DNA of 64,000 nucleotides from an uncultured Gemmatimonadaceae bacterium (GTDB lineage: Bacteria > Gemmatimonadota > Gemmatimonadetes > Gemmatimonadales > Gemmatimonadaceae): contig CAWBOC010000010.1 of assembly GCA_963790305.1 (NCBI GenBank), positions 64,001 to 128,000 of the forward strand, in the 5' to 3' direction. The notes under the pieces were generated by a model. The model saw only the letters and a program-made list of their open reading frames with translations. It had not been told where the DNA came from and searched no databases. How positions within the stretch are numbered: position 1 is the first letter of the stretch; each line of letters opens with the position of its first letter. Below, piece by piece: positions 1-14,162 of this stretch. The translations under genes and the position numbers were made by a program.

Positions 1-437
1 GACGCGTAGGATTGCCCGAGCAGTGGCACCGTCCCGCGTGGCGCGGGCACACGCCGCGTGACCGTGCTGTCGTTGCGCTTCGTCTCCATCACGATCGTGT
101 CGCCGCTGAGGGTAATCAGCGCGGTCTGTAGCGGCGGGCTCGCTGGGGTGTCCGTGGGGCGCCGCGTCGAGAACTCGAGCCGGATGGGGTTCCCCTCGTC
201 ATTGAACGTCATCGCGTACGGACGTCTCACCGTCTCACGCAGTCGCGTCACGACCTCGCCGTCGATCCGTCCGCGGCCAAACCGAAAGCGTTCGGCGGCG
301 ATGGTGTCGCGGCCAAGCGTAACGATGAAGCTCCCCTGGTCGGCGATGGCCGCGGCGAGCGACGGGGAGTCCACCTGACGAGGGCTCGAGGCGCAGCCGA
401 TCGCAAGCGGTAGCAGTAACAGGGGCTGAAGGCGCAT
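1..437 (-). CDS. Putative lipoprotein, N-terminal part (runs off the window start)
   Basis: Read manually from ATG at 437: MRLQPLLLLPLAIGC|ASSPRQ...GSFIVTLGRDTIAAERF. Lipobox-like LAIGC; not in the ORF track because its stop lies outside the window. Confidence 0.65.
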   Translation of the reverse strand, partial: MRLQPLLLLPLAIGCASSPRQVDSPSLAAAIADQGSFIVTLGRDTIAAERFRFGRGRIDGEVVTRLRETVRRPYAMTFNDEGNPIRLEFSTRRPTDTPASPPLQTALITLSGDTIVMETKRNDSTVTRRVPAPRGTVPLLGQSYA

Positions 438-556
438 GGGATGAGTCCGGCGGTGGAAATGGTGCGGTCCAATGTCCCGTGTAGGATGACTGACGGTCTC
501 GGTGGTCGCCAGCGTCGGGGCATGCGGATTGCCCGCCTCGACCCTAGCGAGGAGGG

Positions 557-1342
557 TTGGTGGCCACACGAGTGAAGCCGTACGCCGGAAGCGCCGCGTC
601 CTACGTGCCGGAGCGTCCCACGCTCGAGAAGGCTCGCGCCGCCTCCAAGGCGTGCAAAGCGTGCTGGCTGTGGACGCTCGGGACGCAAACGGTGTTTGGC
701 GAAGGGCCTCGTCAGGCGGACGTCATGTTCGTGGGCGAGCAGCCGGGCGATCAGGAGGACAAGGCAGGCCGGCCCTTCGTGGGTCCGGCCGGAAAGCTGC
801 TCGACCGTGTGCTCGATGAGGCGGGAATCGATCGCACGACCGTCTACCTGACGAACGCGGTGAAGCACTTCAAGTGGGAACGCTCCGAGCGGAGCACCCG
901 CCGCATCCACAAGAAGCCTAACGACGCCGAGATCCGCGCCTGTCGCCCGTGGCTGGATGCCGAGATCGCGCTGGTGCGGCCGCGCGTCATCGTCACGCTC
1001 GGTGCCACCGCATCGCAGGCACTGCTTGGCAAACAGTTCCGCGTGACGAAAGACCGCGGCAAGCCGATCGCATCGCCACTCGCCGAGGCGATCTTCGCGA
1101 CGGTGCACCCCTCGGCGGTGCTACGCGCTCCCGATGCCGCGGCACGAGCGCTCGCCGAGAAGGCGCTCATCGCCGATCTCACCAAGGTCGCCCGACACCT
1201 TCGGGCGCCGACCCGGCAAACATCGCCACGGGCAGCGCGTGCGACTGCGACACGCACCGAGACGCGCGCGACGAAGACACCGGGTACTCGCACCGGCTCA
1301 CGCGAGCTGTCGATGGCCGCGCGCGGCCGGCGGAGCGGCTAG
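557..1342 (+). CDS. udgX: UdgX-type uracil-DNA binding protein (family 4 UDG)
   Basis: ACKAC Fe-S cysteines, GEQPG motif A, GRPFVGPAG, NAVKHFK, R-loop RRIHKKP, HPSAVLR motif B; basic C-terminal tail. Confidence 0.88.
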   Translation: MVATRVKPYAGSAASYVPERPTLEKARAASKACKACWLWTLGTQTVFGEGPRQADVMFVGEQPGDQEDKAGRPFVGPAGKLLDRVLDEAGIDRTTVYLTNAVKHFKWERSERSTRRIHKKPNDAEIRACRPWLDAEIALVRPRVIVTLGATASQALLGKQFRVTKDRGKPIASPLAEAIFATVHPSAVLRAPDAAARALAEKALIADLTKVARHLRAPTRQTSPRAARATATRTETRATKTPGTRTGSRELSMAARGRRSG

Positions 1343-1455
1343 ATACTCCGCAGCAACCAGTACAGCAGCAGGAAAATGAGGACGGTGGTAAAGCAGCCAC
1401 CGCCAAGCTTCTTCGCGCCCCAGCCGGCGCCGAGCGCGGCGAAGAGTCGATTCAT
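1339..1455 (-). CDS. Small (38 aa) membrane protein
   Basis: MNRLFAALGAGWGAKKLGGGCFTTVLIFLLLYWLLRSI; ATG at 1455; one hydrophobic helix; fills the udgX-alkA gap. Confidence 0.65.
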   Translation of the reverse strand: MNRLFAALGAGWGAKKLGGGCFTTVLIFLLLYWLLRSI

Positions 1456-1516
1456 GTCGTAATTGCCCGGTTCGAGGTTGCGGACGGCATGCGCAGGAAT
1501 GGAGCCAAAGGGTGGC

Positions 1517-1635
1517 GAAGATGTCGAGGTCGTCGACGTGATCGAGGGCTGGACCGTTGAGCCACTTCGCGCAACTCGGCATCTTAACGTGCCCCCCTCG
1601 ATCACTTCGACAACATTGACCACCTCGACTACCTC
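1517..1635. repeat. Inverted pair of 9-mer tandem repeats (GAGGTNGTC family)
   Basis: Left 1517-1548 GAAGATGTC GAGGTCGTC GACGTGATC GAGGG; right 1595-1635 CCCTC GATCACTTC GACAACATT GACCACCTC GACTACCTC. Confidence 0.8.
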
Positions 1636-2263
1636 AGCTCTGGAACTCCGCCGCGCCCTCGCGCATCTGCGGAAGACCGACGAGCGCATCGCGCGCGTCA
1701 TTGAGCAGGTTGGGCCCTGTCGCTTCACGCGTCGGGCCGAAGGCACGCACTTCGACGCCCTGCTGCGGGCCATCGTGTACCAGCAGCTCTCCGGGAAAGC
1801 GGCATCGACGATTCTCGGACGGGTGCTCGCCATCTACGGTGATCGGTACCCCACCGCGGCTGAGCTGCTCGCCACTCCCGAAGACCAGCTGCGCGCGGCG
1901 GGACTGTCACGGCAGAAGCTGAGCTACATCCGAGACCTCGCGCGGCACGTGCAGGAGGGGCTGCTTCCCGTCGACGACCTCAATGTGCTGGGGGACGCCG
2001 AGATCATCGAGGCGCTTACGGCGGTGAAGGGCATCGGTCGCTGGAGCGCGCAAATGTTCCTCATGTTCCGGCTCGGGCGGCCGGACGTGCTCCCTGAGCT
2101 CGACCTCGGCATTCGCAAGGGTCTGCAGCGCGCCTACAGGATGCGAAAGCTGCCCACCCCACAGCGAGTGAGGTCCATCGGCGCCCGATGGTCACCATAT
2201 TCCACGTATGCCTGTTGGTACCTCTGGCGGTCGCTCGACGGAGACGCGAACCTCGCCGACTAG
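1589..2263 (+). CDS. alkA: DNA-3-methyladenine glycosylase II (AlkA/HhH-GPD family)
   Basis: AIVYQQLSGKAA, GLSRQK, HhH motif LTAVKGIGRWSAQMFL, PDVLPELDLG, WSPYSTYACWYLW. Start uncertain (GTG 1589 or TTG 1616). Confidence 0.88.
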   Translation: MPPSITSTTLTTSTTSALELRRALAHLRKTDERIARVIEQVGPCRFTRRAEGTHFDALLRAIVYQQLSGKAASTILGRVLAIYGDRYPTAAELLATPEDQLRAAGLSRQKLSYIRDLARHVQEGLLPVDDLNVLGDAEIIEALTAVKGIGRWSAQMFLMFRLGRPDVLPELDLGIRKGLQRAYRMRKLPTPQRVRSIGARWSPYSTYACWYLWRSLDGDANLAD

Positions 2264-3407
2264 GTCGGCCACCGATCGCTTCGACCTGTTCGCGATCGCG
2301 GCCCCGGGACTGGAGCCACTCGTCCAGCGTGAGCTGAAAGCCCTGGGCATCGAGGGCCTCCACGTCGACGCGGGCGGCGTCTCCTTCACCGGCGGACGCG
2401 AGGCGATCTACCGCGCCAACTTGTACCTCCGAACGGCGACCCGCGTCATCGCGCGCGTCGCCGAGTTCGGTGTGAGGGGATTCCCCGAGCTCGTACGGCA
2501 CGCGAAGCGGCAACCATGGGAGCGCTACCTCGTCGCCAACCGTCCGATTCAGCTTCGCGTCACCTGCCGAAAGTCACGTCTCTACCACTCGGGTGCGGTC
2601 GCCGAGCGTGTAGCCGACGCGATATCCCAGCGGTTGGGGGTCGAGGGAGTCGAGGTGATCAAGGGTAGCGAGGACGAGGACGCCACGGGTCAGCTCGTCA
2701 TCGTCCGCGTGGCCCACGACCACTGCGTGCTGAGCGTAGACACGTCGGGCGAGCTGCTGCACCGTCGCGGCTATCGCGAGGCGACAGCGAAGGCACCGAT
2801 TCGTGAGACGCTGGCCGCCGCGCTCCTTCTGGCCGCGGAGTGGCGCGGGGACGCGCCGCTGCTCGACCCGTTCTGCGGATCGGGAACGGTCGCGATCGAG
2901 GGCGCCTTGCTCGCGCGTCACATTGCGCCCGGCCTCAACCGTCGCTTCGCCTTCATGGAGTGGCCCGACTTCGACAGCGCACTCTGGCGCCGCACTCACG
3001 ATGAAGCCGCGCGCGCGGTGGTCGCGCGCGCGCCATCACCCATTCAGGCGTCTGATCGAGACGCGGGCGCCATCGAGGCCGCGCGCGCGAACGCGGCACG
3101 CGCCGGCGTCGCCGACGACATCGTCTTTGAGAAGAGGGCGCTTTCGGCGATCGAGCCGCCGGTGGGGCTGGGCTGGGTCTGCACGAACCCTCCCTACGGC
3201 GTGCGCGTGAGCGAACGCGCCGAGCTGCGAAATCTCTACGCGCAATTCGGCAAGGTCATGCACGCGAAATGTCCAGGGTGGACGGTGGCGATGTATTCGG
3301 CCGACGCGCGTCTCGAGAAAGCGGCGAGACTCCCCTTGCGTCCGGTTCTGCGGACGGTGAACGGGGGAATTCCGGTGCGGGTCGTTAGGGGGATTGTCGG
3401 GCAGTAA
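2208..3407 (+). CDS. rlmL: THUMP-domain 23S rRNA m2G methyltransferase (RlmL/YpsC-like)
   Basis: ANLYLRTATRV, DTSGELLHRRGYR, APIRETLAA, DPFCGSGT, NPPYG. Start uncertain. Confidence 0.85.
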   Translation: MPVGTSGGRSTETRTSPTRSATDRFDLFAIAAPGLEPLVQRELKALGIEGLHVDAGGVSFTGGREAIYRANLYLRTATRVIARVAEFGVRGFPELVRHAKRQPWERYLVANRPIQLRVTCRKSRLYHSGAVAERVADAISQRLGVEGVEVIKGSEDEDATGQLVIVRVAHDHCVLSVDTSGELLHRRGYREATAKAPIRETLAAALLLAAEWRGDAPLLDPFCGSGTVAIEGALLARHIAPGLNRRFAFMEWPDFDSALWRRTHDEAARAVVARAPSPIQASDRDAGAIEAARANAARAGVADDIVFEKRALSAIEPPVGLGWVCTNPPYGVRVSERAELRNLYAQFGKVMHAKCPGWTVAMYSADARLEKAARLPLRPVLRTVNGGIPVRVVRGIVGQ

Positions 3408-3424
3408 CACTCGTGGCAACAGAA

Positions 3425-4030
3425 TCAACAGCCCCGCGCGACCCGATTCCACCACCGCGCAATGCGCTCTCCCGCCAAATGAATCAGCACCGCGATCGTG
3501 AAGAATCGCGCGGCGCGGCCGGCGCCTAACGCCAGGGCGAATACCGGGAAGGGAATCCCGAACGCCCCCGCCGAGACGGAGACCAGCTTCGAGGGGAAGG
3601 GCGAGACCGAGCTGATGACGACGAGCATCCAGCCGTGCTTGGCGAAAAGCGTCTTCAACGTCGCCAGCTCGCTCGGCTCGATCCCGAACACACCGAGCAC
3701 CGGAGCGACCACTTCCTGAAAAGCGTAGGCACCGGCGGTGTAAGCGACGATCCCGCCGAGCGTCGATCCGAGAAGCGCCCAGAGTGCCAGGCGATAGACG
3801 CGTCGCGGGTCGGCGAGGCCGAATGGGATGAGCAGCGCATCGGCCGGACCGGGCATGGCCGAGCCCTGCGCGAACGTCCACCCCGCGGTGGCGGGACCAG
3901 ACCATCCCGATTCCGCCCATCCATGCAGGGCGGAGAGAACCCGACAGGCGCGTCCGCGAAGCCCCCCGAGCTGTGTCGCTGGGGGCGGCGGCGGAAGCGT
4001 CACTTGTCGAGGTGCCGAGGTGGTGGCCAC
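3425..4030 (-). CDS. YqaA/VTT (DedA superfamily) membrane protein
   Basis: PGPADALLIP, GSTLGGIVAY, SPFPSKLVSVSAG...GRAARF pattern; last gene of the signalling operon. Confidence 0.75.
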   Translation of the reverse strand: MATTSAPRQVTLPPPPPATQLGGLRGRACRVLSALHGWAESGWSGPATAGWTFAQGSAMPGPADALLIPFGLADPRRVYRLALWALLGSTLGGIVAYTAGAYAFQEVVAPVLGVFGIEPSELATLKTLFAKHGWMLVVISSVSPFPSKLVSVSAGAFGIPFPVFALALGAGRAARFFTIAVLIHLAGERIARWWNRVARGC

Positions 4031-4033
4031 GGG

Positions 4034-5827
4034 TCAGGCTCTTGGGCGCGTTCCCTCTTGAAACACCGGAGAGGGTACCTGGCGTTCCGTCCGACCCGCG
4101 CCATCGCCGCGATCGGCCACGGGAGTCGCGACCGCGCGGGGCTGCTCGACGTTCGACGGCAGCGAGAGTCGGAACGTGCTCCCTTCGCCGGGCACCGACT
4201 CGACCTCCAGCTTGCCGTTGAGCAGCGTCGCAAGCCGGCTCGAGATCGGCAGTCCGAGCCCCGTCCCCTGCTCGTTGTGCGTCTTCTGCAGCTGCACGAA
4301 CTCGTCGAAGATCTTGGGGATGTCTTCCGCGGCGATGCCGACGCCGTGATCCACGACGTCGATCTGTATGCCACCGTCGTCGATGGCACGGTACACGACG
4401 CGAATCGGGTTGCCGTTGCCGAACTTGATCGCGTTCGAGAGCAGGTTCAGCAGAATCTGCCGGACGCGCCGCGGATCGCTGACGATCTTCCGCGAGTCGC
4501 CTTCCACCACCAGCGATAGCTCCGATCGCCGCTCGTCGGCGAGCGGGCGAACGGTGACGAACAGATCCTCGATGAGCGTGGGGAAGGGAACCGGCTGGAG
4601 CTGCAGCTCGATCTTCCCCGCCTCGATCTTCGACAGGTCGAGCACGTCGTTGACGAGCTCCAGCAGGTGCTTGGCCGCCTTCTGCGCGCGCCGGACGCCC
4701 TGCGTCTGCTTCTCGTTGAGCGGGCCGTAGATGTGGTCGAGCAACAGCGTGTTGTACCCGAGGATCGCGTTGATCGGCGTCCGCAGCTCGTGCGACATCG
4801 ATGCGTAGAAGCGCGAGCGAGCGGTGATCGCCTTCTCGAGATCGATCTGCCGCCGCGCGAGCTCGTCGTTCACTGTCTTGAGCTCGGCCATCGTGTTGGC
4901 GAGGGTCGCCGTCTGGTTTCGGAGCTCGTTCTCGGCCGCCACCCGCTCGGTGATGTCGCGCGCGATGATCGTGTAGACCTTTCCCTCGGCGAGCTCCAGG
5001 CACGACACGGAGCACTCGATCGGGAACGTGTCGCCGGACGCGCGAACTCCCAGTGCGGACTCGAGCTGCGGCGTTACATGCGCGTGCGCGCGGCCGGGCC
5101 GGGCGACGGGGGCCGAGGCGCACACGCGATCGATGAAATCGGCGCGATACTCCGGCGGGAAGAACTCGCCGATCTCTCGTCCCACCGCGTCTTTCGCCGA
5201 GAATCCGAAGACGCGCTCAGCGGCGGCGTTGAAGAGCGTCACGCGCTGCGACTCATCGAACATGATGATCGCGTCGATGGCGGACTCCACGACTTCCGCC
5301 ATGCGGGCCTCGGACTCCGACAGGCGCACGCGGTGCTGGAGCTCGATCTCACGGCGCTCGTGCACACGGAGGCGCTGCTCCTGCTCGCGCAGCTGCCGAC
5401 CCTTCTCGTGCAGCTCCACGAATACCGACACCTTGGAGCGCAGCACGTCGGGGTGGAACGGCTTCGACAGATAATCCACCGCGCCGACGGAATAGCCCTC
5501 GAACACGTACTGCTCTTCCTTGCTGATCGCGGTGAGGAAGATGATCGGCACGTGACGCGAGCGCTCGCGTGACTTGATGACCTTCGCCGTCTCGAACCCG
5601 TTCATCCCCGGCATCTGCACATCGAGGAGGATGACGGCCAGGTCGCGTCGCAGCACCTCGCGGAGCGCTTCCTCACCGGACGAGGCTCGAATCAGGTGGA
5701 GCCCGAGCGGATCGAGGATGGCCTCGAGCGCGAGCAGATTCTCCTGGCGGTCGTCCACCAGGAGGATATCCACGTCCCGATGCGTCAGGGTGCTCTCATT
5801 GTCGGCCCTCGTCTCGATCGCGGTCAT
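4034..5827 (-). CDS. REC-PAS-HisKA-HATPase hybrid sensor kinase
   Basis: ILLVDD...LLDVQMPGMNG receiver, PAS (FNAAAERVFG), [29 protein letters not shown]. Confidence 0.92.
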   Translation of the reverse strand: MTAIETRADNESTLTHRDVDILLVDDRQENLLALEAILDPLGLHLIRASSGEEALREVLRRDLAVILLDVQMPGMNGFETAKVIKSRERSRHVPIIFLTAISKEEQYVFEGYSVGAVDYLSKPFHPDVLRSKVSVFVELHEKGRQLREQEQRLRVHERREIELQHRVRLSESEARMAEVVESAIDAIIMFDESQRVTLFNAAAERVFGFSAKDAVGREIGEFFPPEYRADFIDRVCASAPVARPGRAHAHVTPQLESALGVRASGDTFPIECSVSCLELAEGKVYTIIARDITERVAAENELRNQTATLANTMAELKTVNDELARRQIDLEKAITARSRFYASMSHELRTPINAILGYNTLLLDHIYGPLNEKQTQGVRRAQKAAKHLLELVNDVLDLSKIEAGKIELQLQPVPFPTLIEDLFVTVRPLADERRSELSLVVEGDSRKIVSDPRRVRQILLNLLSNAIKFGNGNPIRVVYRAIDDGGIQIDVVDHGVGIAAEDIPKIFDEFVQLQKTHNEQGTGLGLPISSRLATLLNGKLEVESVPGEGSTFRLSLPSNVEQPRAVATPVADRGDGAGRTERQVPSPVFQEGTRPRA

Positions 5828-6444
5828 GGGCGCACCTCATCCGCGCCACCGGCGGGCTCGCGACGCGGCCGAGCATTCTCCTCGCTCGTCGCAAGCGACA
5901 CCAGATAGGGAGCAATGCGCTCGAGGGGGAGCGTTTGCGCCGCCGGAACGGCTTTCAACGCCGCGCGCGGCATGATCGGACTTTCCGCGGTCCTCGGATC
6001 CTGGACGATCGCCAGTCCTCCGCGGACTGCGATCTGCCGCAGGCCCGCCGCGCCGTCTTCGTTCGCGCCGGTGAGAACAATGCCGAGCGCCGAGGGGCCG
6101 AAGCGCTCGGCTACCGACTCGAAGAAGACGTCGATCGAGGGCCGGCTGTAGCGCACCGGCTCGTCGACGGACAGCGAAAATTCATCACCGTCGACGAGGA
6201 GGTGGTAGTCGGGTGGAGCGAGATACACGTAGCCGCCCATGATGGGTTGTTTGTCCTCCACCTCACACACGATGAGGGACGTGCAATCCTGAAGAAGCTC
6301 GCGCAGTGCGGCGGATTCCTTGCTGCGATGTTGCACGAACGCGATGGGCACGCGGAAATGCGGGGGGAGGCCATGCGCGATCGCGCGCAGCGCCTTGAGG
6401 CCACCCCACGATGCACCCACCGCGATCATTGATAGCGGCTTCAC
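5824..6444 (-). CDS. cheB: CheB-type methylesterase, catalytic domain only (no REC)
   Basis: Catalytic triad motifs GASWGG, VQHR, TGANEDGA; YSRPSIDV; AIVQDP. Confidence 0.9.
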   Translation of the reverse strand: MKPLSMIAVGASWGGLKALRAIAHGLPPHFRVPIAFVQHRSKESAALRELLQDCTSLIVCEVEDKQPIMGGYVYLAPPDYHLLVDGDEFSLSVDEPVRYSRPSIDVFFESVAERFGPSALGIVLTGANEDGAAGLRQIAVRGGLAIVQDPRTAESPIMPRAALKAVPAAQTLPLERIAPYLVSLATSEENARPRREPAGGADEVRP

Positions 6445-7363
6445 TTGACCTTCCGATAGATCTTTTCGCGACGATCCACCGCCTCATAGTCGTCCTCGAA
6501 CCCGGTGAAGCGAAGCGACTCCTTGCTTCCGAGGCCCAGATACCCGTAGACGGGAAGGGATTCGTGGAAAAGCTTGTGCACCCGCTGCTGCAGGGTGCGG
6601 TCGAAATAGATGAGAACGTTGCGGCAGAGGATGACGTTGCACTCGGCGAACGAGCGGTCGGTCACGAGATTGTGCTGCGAGAACACGATGTTCCGCATCA
6701 GCCGCGGGGAGAAGAGAGCCCCGTCGTACATCGCGGTGTAGTACTCGCTGAACGACCGTGTTCCGCCCGCGCGGATGTAATTCTGCGTGTATTCCTGCAT
6801 TCGGTCGAGCGGGAAAATGCCTTCCTTCGCCTTGCGGATGACGACCTCGTTGATGTCCGTGGCGTAGATCCGGGCGCGGTCGTAGAGATCCTCCTCCTCG
6901 AGGAGAATCGCCATCGAGTACGCCTCCTCTCCGGTCGAGCACCCGGCATGCCAGATCCGGATGAACGGGTACGTGCGCAGCGCGGGCACGACATCGCGGC
7001 GAAACGCGACGTAGAACCCGGGGTCGCGAAACATCGCCGTGACGTTGATGGAGAGATCGAGCAGCAGCCGCTCCATCATCGATGGATCGTGCAGCACGCG
7101 ATCCTGGAGCGCGCTGATCGTCTTCAGCCCGTCGCTATCGATGCGCTTCCAAATGCGGCGTCTCAGCGATGCGTAGGCGTACGCCCGGAAGTCGAATCCG
7201 TAGTGGCGGTAGACGCCTTCGAGCAGCAGCTGGATCTCGATGCGCTCGAGATCCGGGCTGTATCCGTTGACCGGCTGCTCGGCCGCCGCGGCGAGGTCGC
7301 TGGCCGTCGGGGTCGCAATGGGCTCGTCCACAGGTGCTGGCGCCGCGTCGGCGGCGGGCAGCC

Positions 7364-7379
<16 letters not shown>
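6441..7379 (-). CDS. cheR: CheR-type protein-glutamate O-methyltransferase
   Basis: [42 protein letters not shown]. Confidence 0.93.
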
Positions 7380-13099
<5,720 letters not shown>

Positions 13100-13341
13100 G
13101 TCACCGATGCCCACGGATTGACTCCTGATGTCTGCGTGTCTTGAGAAGCGACGCCTGGCCCGGAACACGCACAGTGGGGTGCACCGGCCTGGCAGATCTC
13201 GGATTGCTCTCGAGTAATTCGACGCTGTAGTGCAAGAAGCGAGCACTCCGATGCGCGCCCGCTTCCGAGAGGAGATCGACGGTCGCGGCGGCCCGCAGCG
13301 CACCCGATGGACCCGTTACCTTACCCCCAGTCCCGACCCGG

Positions 13342-14074
13342 ATGCGGACCTTGCGTACCTTCGATCTCCGAACGTTCGAGCTCCACGATATGCTCCGGTG
13401 TGGGCTCGATATTCGGCAGGCAGCGCGCAATGCCCCCTCCCTCGAAGAGGCGGCGACCTCGGTCATCCAGTATCTTTTCAACGCGTTTCGAGACCCGGCG
13501 TCAGGCGACCCGCAGCTGGCATTGGTGCGGTTTTACAAGACACTGCCCTATCGGGAGTTGGAGCCCGACCTGCGCCTGGTCGCGAAGACGGCCTTAGGCG
13601 AGGCGCCGCGCGACGAAGGGATGAAGTGTCTCACGCTGCTCGCGACCGCCGGTGTCGAGGAGGCGGTGGAATGACCGCCATCAATCCCGGGGTCACCGCG
13701 CCATTCCGCTCGCGAGCGTCCGTATGGTCCACCGAGCGCCGATGATCGCGCAGCTCATCGAGCAGTTGGGGATGGACGTCGAGCACCTCCTGCAGACGGA
13801 CACCACCCTGTTGCCCGACGCGGAGGGCCGCACCTACAACATTTTCTATGTCGAACGCGCTAAGGGAAGCCCCTACATCCCCGCGCAGGCCGACTTCGTC
13901 GTCCCGTTCGGGATTGAGTCGGTGGTGGGCTTCGGCGGGATCCTGCGGGGTGAGATGTTCGCCGTGGTGTTGTTCAGCCGAGTTCCGATCACCCCTGCCG
14001 CGGCGAACCGGTTTCGGAACATCGCGCTCGAGGTGAAGGCGGTGCTGCATTCGATAGACAGGGTGTTCGCTTAG
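13342..14074 (+). CDS. Uncharacterised protein, possibly a GAF-like sensor domain (one +1 frameshift near 13665)
   Basis: ORFs 13342-13674 and 13652-14074 join into one coherent protein of about 243 aa: LVRFYKT...CLTLLATAG.EEA|WNDRHQSRGHRAIPL...YIPAQADFVVPFGIESVVGFGG. Confidence 0.7.
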
Positions 14075-14162
14075 CGACGCATGCGGAATGCGGAATGCGG
14101 ATTGCGATGGCGCAGCAGCTCCAAGCCTTCAATCCGCAGTCCGCATTCCGCATTCGTCGCTA
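14072..14162. repeat. Inverted 7-mer repeat hairpin (ATGCGGA family) between convergent genes; possible bidirectional terminator
   Basis: 33-bp arms 14072-14104 and 14130-14162 with 2 mismatches; each arm begins with the TAG stop of the flanking gene. Confidence 0.88.
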
